A stretch of DNA of 64,000 bases from assembly GCA_051362555.1 (NCBI GenBank), contig CM120643.1, forward strand, positions 1,736,001 through 1,800,000. Reading direction: 5' to 3'. Positions within the stretch are counted from its first letter, which is position 1. Each line of letters begins with the position of its first letter. Below the pieces are notes generated by a model. That model saw only the letters and a program-made list of their open reading frames with translations. It did no database searches and was not told where the DNA came from. The stretch is from Lingula anatina. Lineage: Eukaryota; Animalia; Brachiopoda. Shown one piece after another: positions 52,850-64,000 of the stretch. Made by a program: the position numbers and the translations under genes.

Positions 52850-54691
52850 TTTTTATGTACAGACACAGATGTGTCTGTACATATTGCCATCACCTGCGTC
52901 TGTCGTCGCCGTCGCCGATCATGTCGCCGTCGCCGTCGCCGTGCACTTTCAGCGTTAACACCATAAGTGGAAGACAGTTTTACTTTTTGGCTTTATATTT
53001 ACAGAGCTGACTAATATTCATAAAATGCAGGTCAAGTTCGAAAATCAGCATGATCGGGCCATTATTGTAGAATTTATCCTGTTTTTTCACTTTTTAGCAT
53101 ATATGCAACACTGTTAACACATTTCAAGGAAAACCGATAGGCCTGTTGTCATGAAACTCACAGGAGTTATCAATCTTACTAAAACGCAGGTCAAGTTCGA
53201 AAATCAGCATAATCGGGCCATTATTTTATAAGTTATGCTGTTTTTTCACATTTCCTCAGATTCAATTCTTAGGCATGTTAACAGTCTCATTATTTAACTA
53301 ATAAGATTAGTAAAAGTGTTTGTTTGACATTTCCTGCATCTTTACAACATTGTTAGTTGATTATGTAAAAATGATGGTAAACTTGTTATCATGTATTGTA
53401 TAATAGAGTTTCAAAAATGGAAATAAACTCATATCATTGCAGTTTGTCAGATTCATTCATTCACTATGTTCAGAAACTCAGAATGGAGGAAATTGGACAT
53501 TAAACACTGTTCTATTGATATTTTTCCCATCTCATCAATTTTCTTAGTTGATCATATATAAATGGCAGTAAATTGTTAATTTTGTTATATGTTAAAAAAT
53601 TGTTAAAAATGGAAAAAAAAAAAACATTTCAGGACAGTGCTGTCTTGTCTACATTTTAGCATTTTCAAGGTGTGACTTTGAAGTTCCTTGGACCTGAAGA
53701 CCTTTGCTAGGAACATTTTCTGAATATCCATGATACTAATATTTTATTATTAAAAATTGATGGTAATTATCCTGTTAAACATTATGTAATATTGCATCAA
53801 AATTTGAAGACACCCCTATTTTGGACACTGCTCCCATGATGACCATTTAAGGAAAACCATGTCACTTACTGTTCTCAAACTTACAGGAAGAAACATGGGA
53901 CTTAAATAAAGCTTCAGTGGGCAATGCAGTCTATTTGGTAAATTTTTTTGGCAGTTAATCAGTTTTTTGTGAAAATTTAATTTTTCACATATTGGCATTT
54001 TCAAGGTGTGACTTAAGAATCTCCACCGGCTTGAAGACCCATGCTAGTCACATTTCTGAAAATCCATGATTCGGATCTTTTATTATTAAAAACTGATGGT
54101 CATTATGCTGTTAAGCATTATGTAATATTGCATTAAAATAGAAGAAAACACAATTTTGGGTGCTGCTCCCATGGACATGAAGCCAAATGGTAATCAAATT
54201 TTCTACATGTCCATGCTATTTATAGTCAATAATCAAAAATTGGTGATAATTATTCTGTAATTTATTATGTAATGTTACATCAAAATTGACAAAAATCTTT
54301 TTGCACTGCTACTACAAACATTATGAAAAGAAAACTGTGTTACTTATTATTTTCAACTTACAAGTATGATTTGTAGGATTGGCATGCAGTTCAAATAAGG
54401 AAGCCAGCTCAAATGGGTTATCATTTATTATTGAATTTACGCAGTTTTATGTGAAATTTTCATTTTTCTCATTCTGGCATTTTCAAAGTGTGAACTTAAA
54501 CTCCCATGGGCCTGAAGCCTTACGCTTGTTACACATTTCACTTACATTGGTATTACCTGTTGAGCATAATTAAAATTTGATGTTGAATTTGCAGTTAAGC
54601 ATAATGTACTTTTGCATCAGAATTGACAGTAGCCTGTTTTGTTATTTCTTGCTTTTTGTCTGTACATTTGACAGCTTTGCTGCCTTGTTTT
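52850..54691 (+). mobile_element. Full-length-looking HINE-like (Helentron non-autonomous) element
   Basis: 5' TTTTATGTACAGACACAGATGTGTCTGTACAT, GTCGCC repeats and internal tandem repeats; 3' TGTCTGTACAT (54657-54667), stem-loop GACAGCTTTGCTGCC (54670-54684) and TTGTTTT. Confidence 0.75.
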
Positions 54692-57588
54692 AATCTGACA
54701 ATAATGTTGACATGCATTCTTAGCAACCGAGGCCTTTTCATTTTTAAGACCTTTGAAACTGAATAAAATTGTATCATTTGATAGAAATTCATGAAATGGC
54801 TTATTAGATTTTCATAATGATTTAGTGCCTAAACAGTTATGTAATACTATGTTAGTCATGCTAAAAAAATAGATAATTATTCTTAGGCATCAGACTAGAT
54901 CAGTTAGTAAATCAATAGTAAATCAACAGTAATCTGTTTATTTCACTGTATTTCAGGCCTGCAGGCCAAGAGTACATAAATTGAGTTCTATTTATAATAC
55001 TGAGCTGACTACACAGGGATATATATCATAAATGACACTAATTACTTATCTAAAAGAACATCTCTTAATTTCTCTGCATGATATATGAAGGCAGCAAGTC
55101 TTTTTATAAAGTCAACATTATGTGATGACAGAGCAGTCGCTAGTGACAATGTTGTAATCTCGGGAATCAACAGTAAATCTGATAAGTAAGTATTGGTTTG
55201 TGCGCCAGAGATCATGATAACTGTAAGTTAATTTATGAGTATTTTCCAAACTAATTATCTGATTGTTGTTCTTTAAGCTCCCATAAAACTTTTCACAAGG
55301 AACATCCAGGGTTGCTAGTTTTTACAAAAAATATTGGTTTTATTTGATTCCTCTTTGTTTTCTGGTGTAAATCTGGAGTAGTTAACAACATAGCACACCT
55401 GACCTCATTTCAGAACTGTGAACTCTTCAGTTCTGAGGACAATATTTTCAAATGAAGTAGTTTATATTCCGTTATTAATCCCATGTTTCTTCCAAAGTTC
55501 AGAAAAGTAAACTAGTTGATCTACGGTAATTGCTCACAAGTTTCACACTCTTCACCAATTCCAAATATTTTGTATTATTTCAAGATTCTTGAGTTTTAGT
55601 TTAGCACAAAAATCTACCTTACTTGAACTGAAATGGGTTTTCAGAGTTTCCCATAATTTTTCCAACTCTTATGGCCAAACTGTGAAGCTGGGCAGTATAT
55701 AATAATTTTTCTTCAAAATTATAGGGACATTACAGCACTTATTGGGACAGGTAGTTTATGGATCCGTGTACCCAGACCCCCTTATCCACCCCTAGATACC
55801 ATGCATAATAAATACTATTGGGTAAAAATAACAATAGATTTGCCTTCAATAATTAACCAATGAAGTCAATAGCTTGTGCCTTTGATGTAAAGGTTTATTT
55901 TATTGTCCATATTTCTCCTGGGTTTTGTGTGTTTGCTTGATAATGTGGTGAAGTAGACAGCTGACTGCTGGGGCAGTGTAATTATAGTAGCAAATATAAA
56001 AGGCTTGTTTTTTTTCATCGAAAAATCATTTGGGTAGAAAAAGGCAACTTAGCATTTCTGATTGATCAGGTCTTTAAGCCTTTTTTTTCAATCTTACTTT
56101 AGCGTGTGTCGTTATATTTTGTGGGTTTTGAATTGATTTTCTTTAAAGAAGCAAACCATAAGAAACAGAATACACTTTTTTATTTTGTGGTGTAACAGAG
56201 CCCATATTGATTCATACTATGGTCTACTTCATGTTAATTCAATAGAAATGTGAGAAAAAACACAAACTGTTTATGGAAATTTGTAAAGAAATCTTTCATC
56301 TTCTTGAAAGCACTGCCATTTTATCCGATTGATTTTTTTTTTTTTTTTTTTTTTTTTTGGTGCACTTTATTTTGGTGAACAGAAGCAGGAAATAAAACAA
56401 GTATTTATAGTAAAGTACACAGTGCTTCCTTAGTTCTTGTAGTTGACTTAGTGTGTGCATATTTGGTCATGTTGATTTTAACCAAAATAGTAGGTTCACA
56501 TTCCTTTTTTATTTCCACAAATATATTCATAGCCATATATACTCTAACTACAAAATTTGTACAGTTGCATGAGTGGGATATTACTCAAAGAAAAAGTAGA
56601 AAGGAAAAAAGAACCATTGGATCTATTCTCTCTAGTGAAAAAATGAAATTGAATAATTAAATAGATGTATTAAAGAATCAGCTAATATAAAATCTAATTG
56701 AAAAAAGACTTCCCATATTTATCTTTATAATAAAAAAGTCAGATTTTTAAAATTATAAAGCTTGTATTTGGATGACTACATATGATGAATTTTGAAAGAA
56801 TAAAGAACAGCAGGTTGAAATTTGAGCAATAAGCAAATATATATACACACAAAGTTTTATACATTTTCTGTAAATAGAAAGACCAGAGGCCCCTATTATT
56901 GTCAGGTTATTTTGTAAATTCTATCACACTATTTAAAAAAAATCTTGGTAATTTTATATTATAAGGATGCTGAAGTAATATGGCTTTTCTTTCAAAACTT
57001 TGTATTCAGGTCTATCAAAATTTCTGAATGTCTAAAAATGATTCATTTGTTTTCTTCTTGCCTGATGAGATCTGAAACGTAATATAAAAGGTGTGTTCTC
57101 TCCTTATTACAAATTAACAAATGTACAGGATTGTCAAATAGTAGTTAGTACAGAGAAGGTAGCTGATACAAAGTCTATAAATTCTGATTATCTCTGATAG
57201 AAAAATAGTTTTGACAGAATGCAAATACATAGCACCAATAAGCGATACCACACAAAAATTGACCTTGTAATAGTTCAGAGTTTCCATACCATCTTTTTAC
57301 AGTTTCATTGTTCAATATTTCCTTTACCTTTTTGTGTTTTACTGCCTTTAAAAAAATACCATGTTGAGCTTTGGAAAACTCTGGAAAGTGCTACTATTTG
57401 GCCAAATTGAGTTTTGGTAGATCCACATAGTACACCCAGATTGAAAAATATTATTCAATCCAAATTTTTTTGTACAAAATCACTTGTTTTTGTTCCAATA
57501 TAAAACATTTCTGATAGCCATCAAAAATTATATCACTTTGGTTTCAGTAATGTTTTCTGGCATTGTGACACTGGATAAACAAGCTTCA

Positions 57589-60500
57589 TTACATGTACTT
57601 GTATTTTTTAATGCAATGGTTAAGTTTGTCTGCCACAAGAACATGTCCATCATCAGTTGTAGATATCCCCAGTGGCTGATGCAGCTTGTCGCCAGTGCTC
57701 TCAATGCAAGACACAAACGTGCCGTCATACTTAAAAACTTGCAGTCTGTTGTTACGGCCGTCTCCAACAATGATGTTCCCATGTCGGTCAGTGCATACCC
57801 CAGATGGACTCTTGAACTGACCTTTGCCCTTTCCCTCGAACCCTATCTGATGCTTAAAGGAAGCGTGGCGGTTGAGAACCAAGACGCAATTCCTCTCCTG
57901 GTCGCACACCATGATATCGTCGTCTTGGCCAATGGCAATGGTTCCAGGCCGCTTGATGCCGCGGAACGTAGAGGTGATGTCACCTTTCTTGTTGAAGATC
58001 AGGAGCTTCTCGTGGCAGTAGTCTGAGACGATGATGTCGCCATGACTGTTGGTACCAACACAAACCCCTCCGCTCTTCTCACCATTGCATATAGGCATGA
58101 CCTGCTTGAGGCGGCCGTCGAAATCAAAAATTAAGATACGATCAGCGTACAGCTGAGAGGACTGGATGTAGGCCTCAGGGCAGATGATTTCTTCTTTTGC
58201 GGCATTGACACACACGTCACTGCTCCCTGTCAGCTGACCTTCTTTTTTCTCCTCCATGGCAGCGAGGTGAAAATGGCGGACGTACTTCCCGTCTTTGTCA
58301 AATATCTGCACTTTGTTGAGATCCAGGACAAAGTAGTTCTCACCCACAGCATGGACATGACGAGGACGGAATAACTGACCTGGACCATCTCCCTCCTCGC
58401 CGAACTTCATTACAGGATTATTGCTCTGGACCAGGATGGGGACCTCTTTTAAGGTTTGGTCATGGAAAACCAGGCGACATTTGTGAGGGCCAGAGATCTG
58501 TGGCCTGAAGGTAAAGCTGTAATTGCCATTCCCCCTTTCCTCTGTGCTGACACCACATACCTTGTCTCCAAATGGGTCCAGGATGTCCAGTGCCACTTTA
58601 AGGCACGAGAGAGGCTTGTCTTCGTAATTGGCTATCGCGACCTTGACACAGGATTCCAAGCTAGCCGTGGCACTTTCTGGCTCCATGTCCACCTTAGCAG
58701 GCATCCATTTTGAGTTGCGGAGACTTCCCATTCGGTTCAGCCCACCTCGAATCTCCTGCAAGGCATCGAAATCCTTAACAGAGAATTGTGGGTATTCTAT
58801 AGTGACTTCCTTGGAGCTGCAGTTAGTGGCGTCTTCACCCTCTATGTTGTTTGCATCTTCCTGCTTGGCGGTGTCAATCAGGTCTTGAAGCTTGCCTTTC
58901 TTGATAGTATGGCTGATTTGCTCTGAAGTGGAGGTAAGCTGATTGTAGTGCATCTCTGTCTCGATGATCATGTCCTTGAGCTTTGCTGCAATATGGCCGT
59001 GTTGGGTTCTCAAATTTTCCTTCATCTTTTGCCGGCGTTCTTCAATAGCTAGGCAGCACTTGTCCAGGGAGGTGTCGATGTCGGCCTCTGTCATCTTCTG
59101 CAGGCCGTTGAGGGAGCTGAGCTGCACTTGTAATGCTGACAGGATGTCTTCTTCTGACTGCATGAGTTGGCGTAATTTAGTTAACCTTTCCTGTAGTTTT
59201 TTAGTGAAGTTCCCCTTCATCACTGCCACCTCAGTGATAACGTGACCCTCACTCTCACGATGACTGAGAATGGTGCAGTCTCGACAGATGGCAGTCTCGC
59301 ACTTGGAGCAGAAGAAGGACAGCGGTTGGTTGGCATGGGTTTGGCAGCCATCTTGATCTTTTTGTCGTTTGGTCATTCCCATCAGTAGTTCCTCCATTTC
59401 CATGATATAGAAGTTAGTCTGGAGATGGGTGGCTCCACCTGTGTGTAATAAATGTGATGAATTACTATATATCAATGGTCCATCTCAACTTGATCACAGA
59501 ACACAATAATTCTTCAGTGACAAGGAAATTGAGCAAGTAGACTAGTCCGTTTTTCCTGCTTTGATTCCCATTGTGCACTGTAAGTAGGAGAGAGGTCCAG
59601 CCGACTACATAGCTATTTCAGAAGTTGATAATTCACTGGAAACTTACATATGATGCCATCTCATTTTCATTATTTAGAAAATTACTTTGATACATGTGTT
59701 CCACCTTGTGATATAAGGATAGCTAATCAATGTTGATTGATAGCCAGTCTTAAGTAATTGGTAAAAGCAGTCAGACTGTGATTGATATGGAAACAAACCT
59801 GCAAGCTCACTTGCAACACTTTAAAGTTTGTTAATTGGTCCTGGGGATCTCTGGAGGGAGATATGAGACTTGGATAATAAAAGTATTTAGAATACATCCT
59901 ATGTCAAATAGAAGGAATTTTTGTTTACATATGTATTGCAATTATTATTATTATTTTTGTCTTTTGTTCTTTGATTATCCCATTATTTGATTATTATTTT
60001 GTGGAAGCTATATGGATTTTTAAAGCACATTTTATTTTTGTAATTAAGTGGGATTTAAGTTTTAGAAGAAACACATAGGACACCAGTTATAAATATAGTG
60101 TTAATTACACAGGTGTGACAGTCATGGGGATTTCCTGATTTGAGGGACTTTATTCTGTCCAAACAAACACCTGCATGTAAAAAGTAAATACATCATTGGC
60201 TGGAGTAGCTCTAACACTTGCCAATTTAGCCAAATGTTAACATTAACTTAAATTGGCTTAACAAAAGAGGGTTGATTTGACTTGTTTTAGTCAAAATTTA
60301 ATCATTTGGAGAAAAAACTTGATAGAAGAGTAGTGATTGGTAGCTAATGCCTCCTTTACACTGGACGGCGTCCTTTCTGCGACCATGAAATTTGGCATCG
60401 CTGTGGTCTTAATAAGGAGGCACGAGCATTAATTTTGTATCAGAATGAATGCTCAATGATCGGCCAGTTGTCGGCACGTAAAGCATTATAATTTTTTAAC

Positions 60501-60828
60501 TCTCAAATGGGGCCGTACTGCTGGACGCAGAAAGGACGCCGTCCAGTGTAAAGGGGGCTTAAGTAAAAAAAAAAAAGTAACACTACCCCAGATTGGACTT
60601 TACACAAACCCAGCCACAGAGGAGTAGACACCCTATTTATTTACCTGGAGGCAAGCCGACCTCTTGTCGACATGTTGGGCACTTAGCCTTCCCTTTGGAA
60701 GTCTTCAGTCCATCAATACACTTCATACAGAAGGTGTGGTGGCAGGGCAGGAGTTTGGGCTGGTGTTCCTCGTGGTCATACTGCTCAAAACACACCTGAC
60801 AGCTTAGGAGCTGGTTCTCCACGTCCAT
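57589..60828 (-). CDS. TRIM2/TRIM3-like E3 ligase (RING, B-box, coiled coil, filamin, NHL), 677 aa, 2 coding exons
   Basis: Exon 60828-60645 encodes the RING (CQVC...LPCHHTFCMKC...CPTC). Exon 59438-57589 encodes a B-box (CQTH...FFCSKCETAICRDC...H), a filamin repeat (GNGNYSFTFRPQISGPH) and NHL repeats (GKGKGQFKSPSGVCTD...NNRLQVF). Confidence 0.92.
60348..60559. mobile_element. PIF/Harbinger-like MITE
   Basis: TIR CCTTTACACTGGACGGCGTCCTTTCTGCG / CGCAGAAAGGACGCCGTCCAGTGTAAAGG, with TAA on both flanks. Confidence 0.75.
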
Positions 60829-61430
60829 GGTACTGGAATATATGGAACAACTATATTAGGTGTGTTTATGGGGAAATATATATAATAAATACAGGAGCTG
60901 GTTCTCTACGTCCATGGTACTGAAAGACATAGGACAACTGCATTAGCCATATTTGTGGGAGAAATATTATATAATAGATATACAGGAGCTGGTTCTCTGC
61001 GTCCATGGTACTGAAAGACATAGGACAACTACATTAGCCGTGTTTGTGGGAGAAATATATATAATAAATACAGGAGCTGGTTTCTTTCTATGTCCAAGGT
61101 ACTGAAATATAGGGAACAATTACATGAGTCATGTTTGTGGGAGAAATATATATAATATACTGACAGGCAATGAAAACGCATCATTTATTTATCAAATTAT
61201 ATTTTTAGTTCCTTTGGCACATTAAGAAATAACAGTTTACGTGTGAAATATGACCCATTATTCAGACACACAAGGTGAAATAAAGGTCAGAAAAGATTAA
61301 ATTTTTTACTTATTTATATGGTTGGAATCGATTCTCGGTAAAAAAGTTCAAGAAAGTTTTTTGCTGTGTTTTCATTGACTGTCAGTATAGATATAAGAGC
61401 TGGGTCTCCATGTCCATGGTACTAGAACAC
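60806..61430 (-). repeat. ~87-bp tandem duplications of the TRIM acceptor plus start codon (4 tandem copies including the real one, plus 1 dispersed)
   Basis: AG|TACCATGGACG.AGAGAACCAGCTCCT at ~60806-60835, 60893-60923, 60984-61014 and 61072-61105; a degenerate copy at 61397-61425. Confidence 0.85.
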
Positions 61431-62013
61431 AAGGAATACAATGACACTTTTCTGCTTTTGAAACCTTGAGAAGGAAATGTCTGCATGATTGGCAACAAAT
61501 ATATCAGGGAGTCATTTGTCTCTGAACTAGTCAATTTATGAATGTTAAACCTGTCATAATTATTTATTGTTAGATACCTTGTCTATGAGCACTGCACAAG
61601 TTGTTGTTAAGTCCTTTCTCAGTCTCGTCCTGCCATGACACTTGTTTTGATTCTAGATTGAGCTCTAATTCCTGTCACTCTTTCCTTAGAAACATGTCAC
61701 ATTTTTGGTTTCTTCAGACAAGGTGGCATTTGTCACAGGACATCTGAACACGGAATTTTCATCTTGTCATCCTCAGATCTTGTTAGGCTTGTTACCTGCA
61801 CCTGTCACGTTCAACGCACATGTTCGTTAAGGCAGGAATGGTGTAAATAGGGTGATGCGAAGGTACCTTAGAGATCTGCTTTCAGGGCTCGCTTGGTGAC
61901 ACAAGGGGCCCAGTTGGCAGTATAATGGAAAGCTGATTGATTGGTAAATGACTGATACTGAATGTGGTGTATTGTGGTATACATGTTCAGTGGCCAAGGA
62001 TTGATTGGTATAT

Positions 62014-62182
62014 CAGGGGTGGAATTAGGCCGTCTGCCGGGCCTTCTGGAAGACAGTCAGATATTCAAGTTTACATTGACGGGTATCTAATTTTTTTCTG
62101 TTGGAAGACGGTCAAAAATAAAGGATGGATCAAAAAAGATAATTTGGAAGACTGTCAGAAAATATCTGTGGATCCGCCTCTG
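62014..62182 (+). mobile_element. MITE family A copy
   Basis: CAGGGG...CCTCTG with TSD TATAT. Confidence 0.8.
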
Positions 62183-64000
62183 TATATGACTGTAACTGAA
62201 TGTGGGTATTGTGATATACATGTTCAGTGGCCAGGGCCCTGGCATATCTAACCACTTATTGTAGACAAATACAGAAATGCATGGATGAACAATTGACTGA
62301 AATGGCAATCGGACACATTCATGTTTGGAGGCCCTTTTGCTGTACATAAAGCCAATATTTGTACTTGTTGTATCTAGACAGCTATCAATCAATTATTATC
62401 ATTGTTTCTATTGTTAAACCAGTTATTGTTCATGTTAGGAGGATGTATTTCATAAACTCCTGGCTGCAACCAATGAATGAATTAATAATTGTGGCCTTTT
62501 ATGGCGGATCAATATTGTACACAATTACTCCTCATTTGCACTGGGATGAAATGTTAAGATATGGGACTTAGTATTGAAGAGCACTTGTTTATGGGTATTA
62601 AGACACCTGGTGAATTCTTTTACCTTGGATGTTATGAAAACAAAATAGGTTATCTAACTTTTATTCATTGGTAGGAAAAGTGAAAATTGTGCAGGCTAGA
62701 GCACTTTCAAATTGTTTATTTAGTAACTTAGGTTTGCAGGCCTATTGTATAATACACTGTACGATTTCTGGGAACAAATGTAATGTTTTACATCCTGTGG
62801 AAGTGTATACAAGACTTCCTTGTATTTCTCCAGTAATAACATTTGGTGGATTTCCTTTTTATTTGTGGGAGTGTAGAAAGTTCCTGGGTTTCAAATGCTA
62901 TTTTTAATATCAAGAAACTCAGGAGAAGAGGATTGATTTTCATCTTTTTTGGAAACATAAAATTAATGATAATAATAACAAGAAAAAGAGTATATAACCT
63001 TTCTCTACATTTTTGAAAATATTTCTGCTATAAAGCACTTTAACAGCCTCTATTATAAAATGCACTTCGACTTGTCAGTGAACAGAATATTCCTATCAGC
63101 ATCTTGACTTGTTATAAACCAGGTGTTTCCATTTATAGGTGTAATATAAGAAGAAATATTATTCAAAACAATAAAAGCTGTTATCTGTAGTAAAAAGATA
63201 CTTGTAATGTTTGTGCTAATTGGCATCTATTTTGCCATATTAAATGCAGATATTTTATATATTTTGTTTACTGATACACCAAATATCATATATATGTAAT
63301 AGACAGAAAATCTATATTATGGATTACGAATATGAATTATGTGTCTGTGTGTGCCTGCGTATGTGCATGCTTGCGTGTTTGTGGGTGTGTTTGCTTGCGT
63401 ATGTGTGTGTGTGCACACAGTGAGCAGTGTATTGAAAACACGACCAAGGTCTTTATTGTCTTCTGTTGACATTACATCCAATGTAAAGATCAATACTTTT
63501 TTGTCACTATGTTAACTTTGTAATTGATCAACTTTATTGCTGTTAAAAATTCTCCACAGTACTGATGTGTCGTTTGAGATGGATGGGTCTAGGTTATGAT
63601 ACCAGGGAAGTTCTATATATTATTATTTTTTTTGTGATTTTTGTGTACATACGTCTGTTTATCAAATCGTCAAATTTCTGTCTTTTTAAAGGATGGATAT
63701 ATTGTTCTTAAATTTCATGCACAGCAAATTTCAGGGGTGGATGTTGAGGAATTTTGCTAAACATTTGACTTTTTCTGGAATCCAGCTCACATAATTCTCT
63801 CTCTTTTTTGTCTCTTAATTGACAGCAAGCCTAGGTAATTTGTAGAAATCATTTACTTCAAAATAAATGATAAATATTAATTTCAGTATCATAACTTGTG
63901 CATAGCACACTACATATCCTCTGAGGATGTTACTGCTGGATGTGCCCTGTTAAATTTAAATACTGACAGTGCCTGTGTACTAATTATATATCACTTGGTC

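Noticed and set aside
57484-59245. Plus-strand ORFs of 85-180 aa
   Set aside because: Antisense shadows of the TRIM-NHL exon; the same applies to ORFs at 451-999 and 8742-9905.

Overview
Eukaryotic, intron-rich, AT-rich invertebrate animal genomic DNA (probably lophotrochozoan or mollusc; this is an inference). Exons were reconstructed by hand from splice signals and reading frame. The window holds an ankyrin/armadillo gene (ANKAR-like, minus strand, running off the left edge), an ANKRD60-like ubiquitin-like/ankyrin gene head-to-head with a complete NDUFV2, an orphan 3' fragment of DLD fused to a transposon end, DERL1 head-to-head with TBC1D31, and a TRIM2/3-like RING-Bbox-CC-filamin-NHL gene that probably sits antisense in a TBC1D31 intron. 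Two patterns stand out. (1) Tandem duplications spanning splice junctions, the start codon or the stop codon recur in five of the six intact genes, the largest being 37 x 73 bp of the NDUFV2 exon 6 end plus 5' splice site. (2) An unannotated, apparently non-coding minus-strand transcription unit (about 31.56 to 24 kb) has an E-box/TATA/Inr promoter and about 18 exons, built from tandem 52-nt micro-exon plus 79-nt intron cassettes and 52-bp minisatellite-expanded exons. There is also a four-level transposon nest with in-window empty-site evidence.
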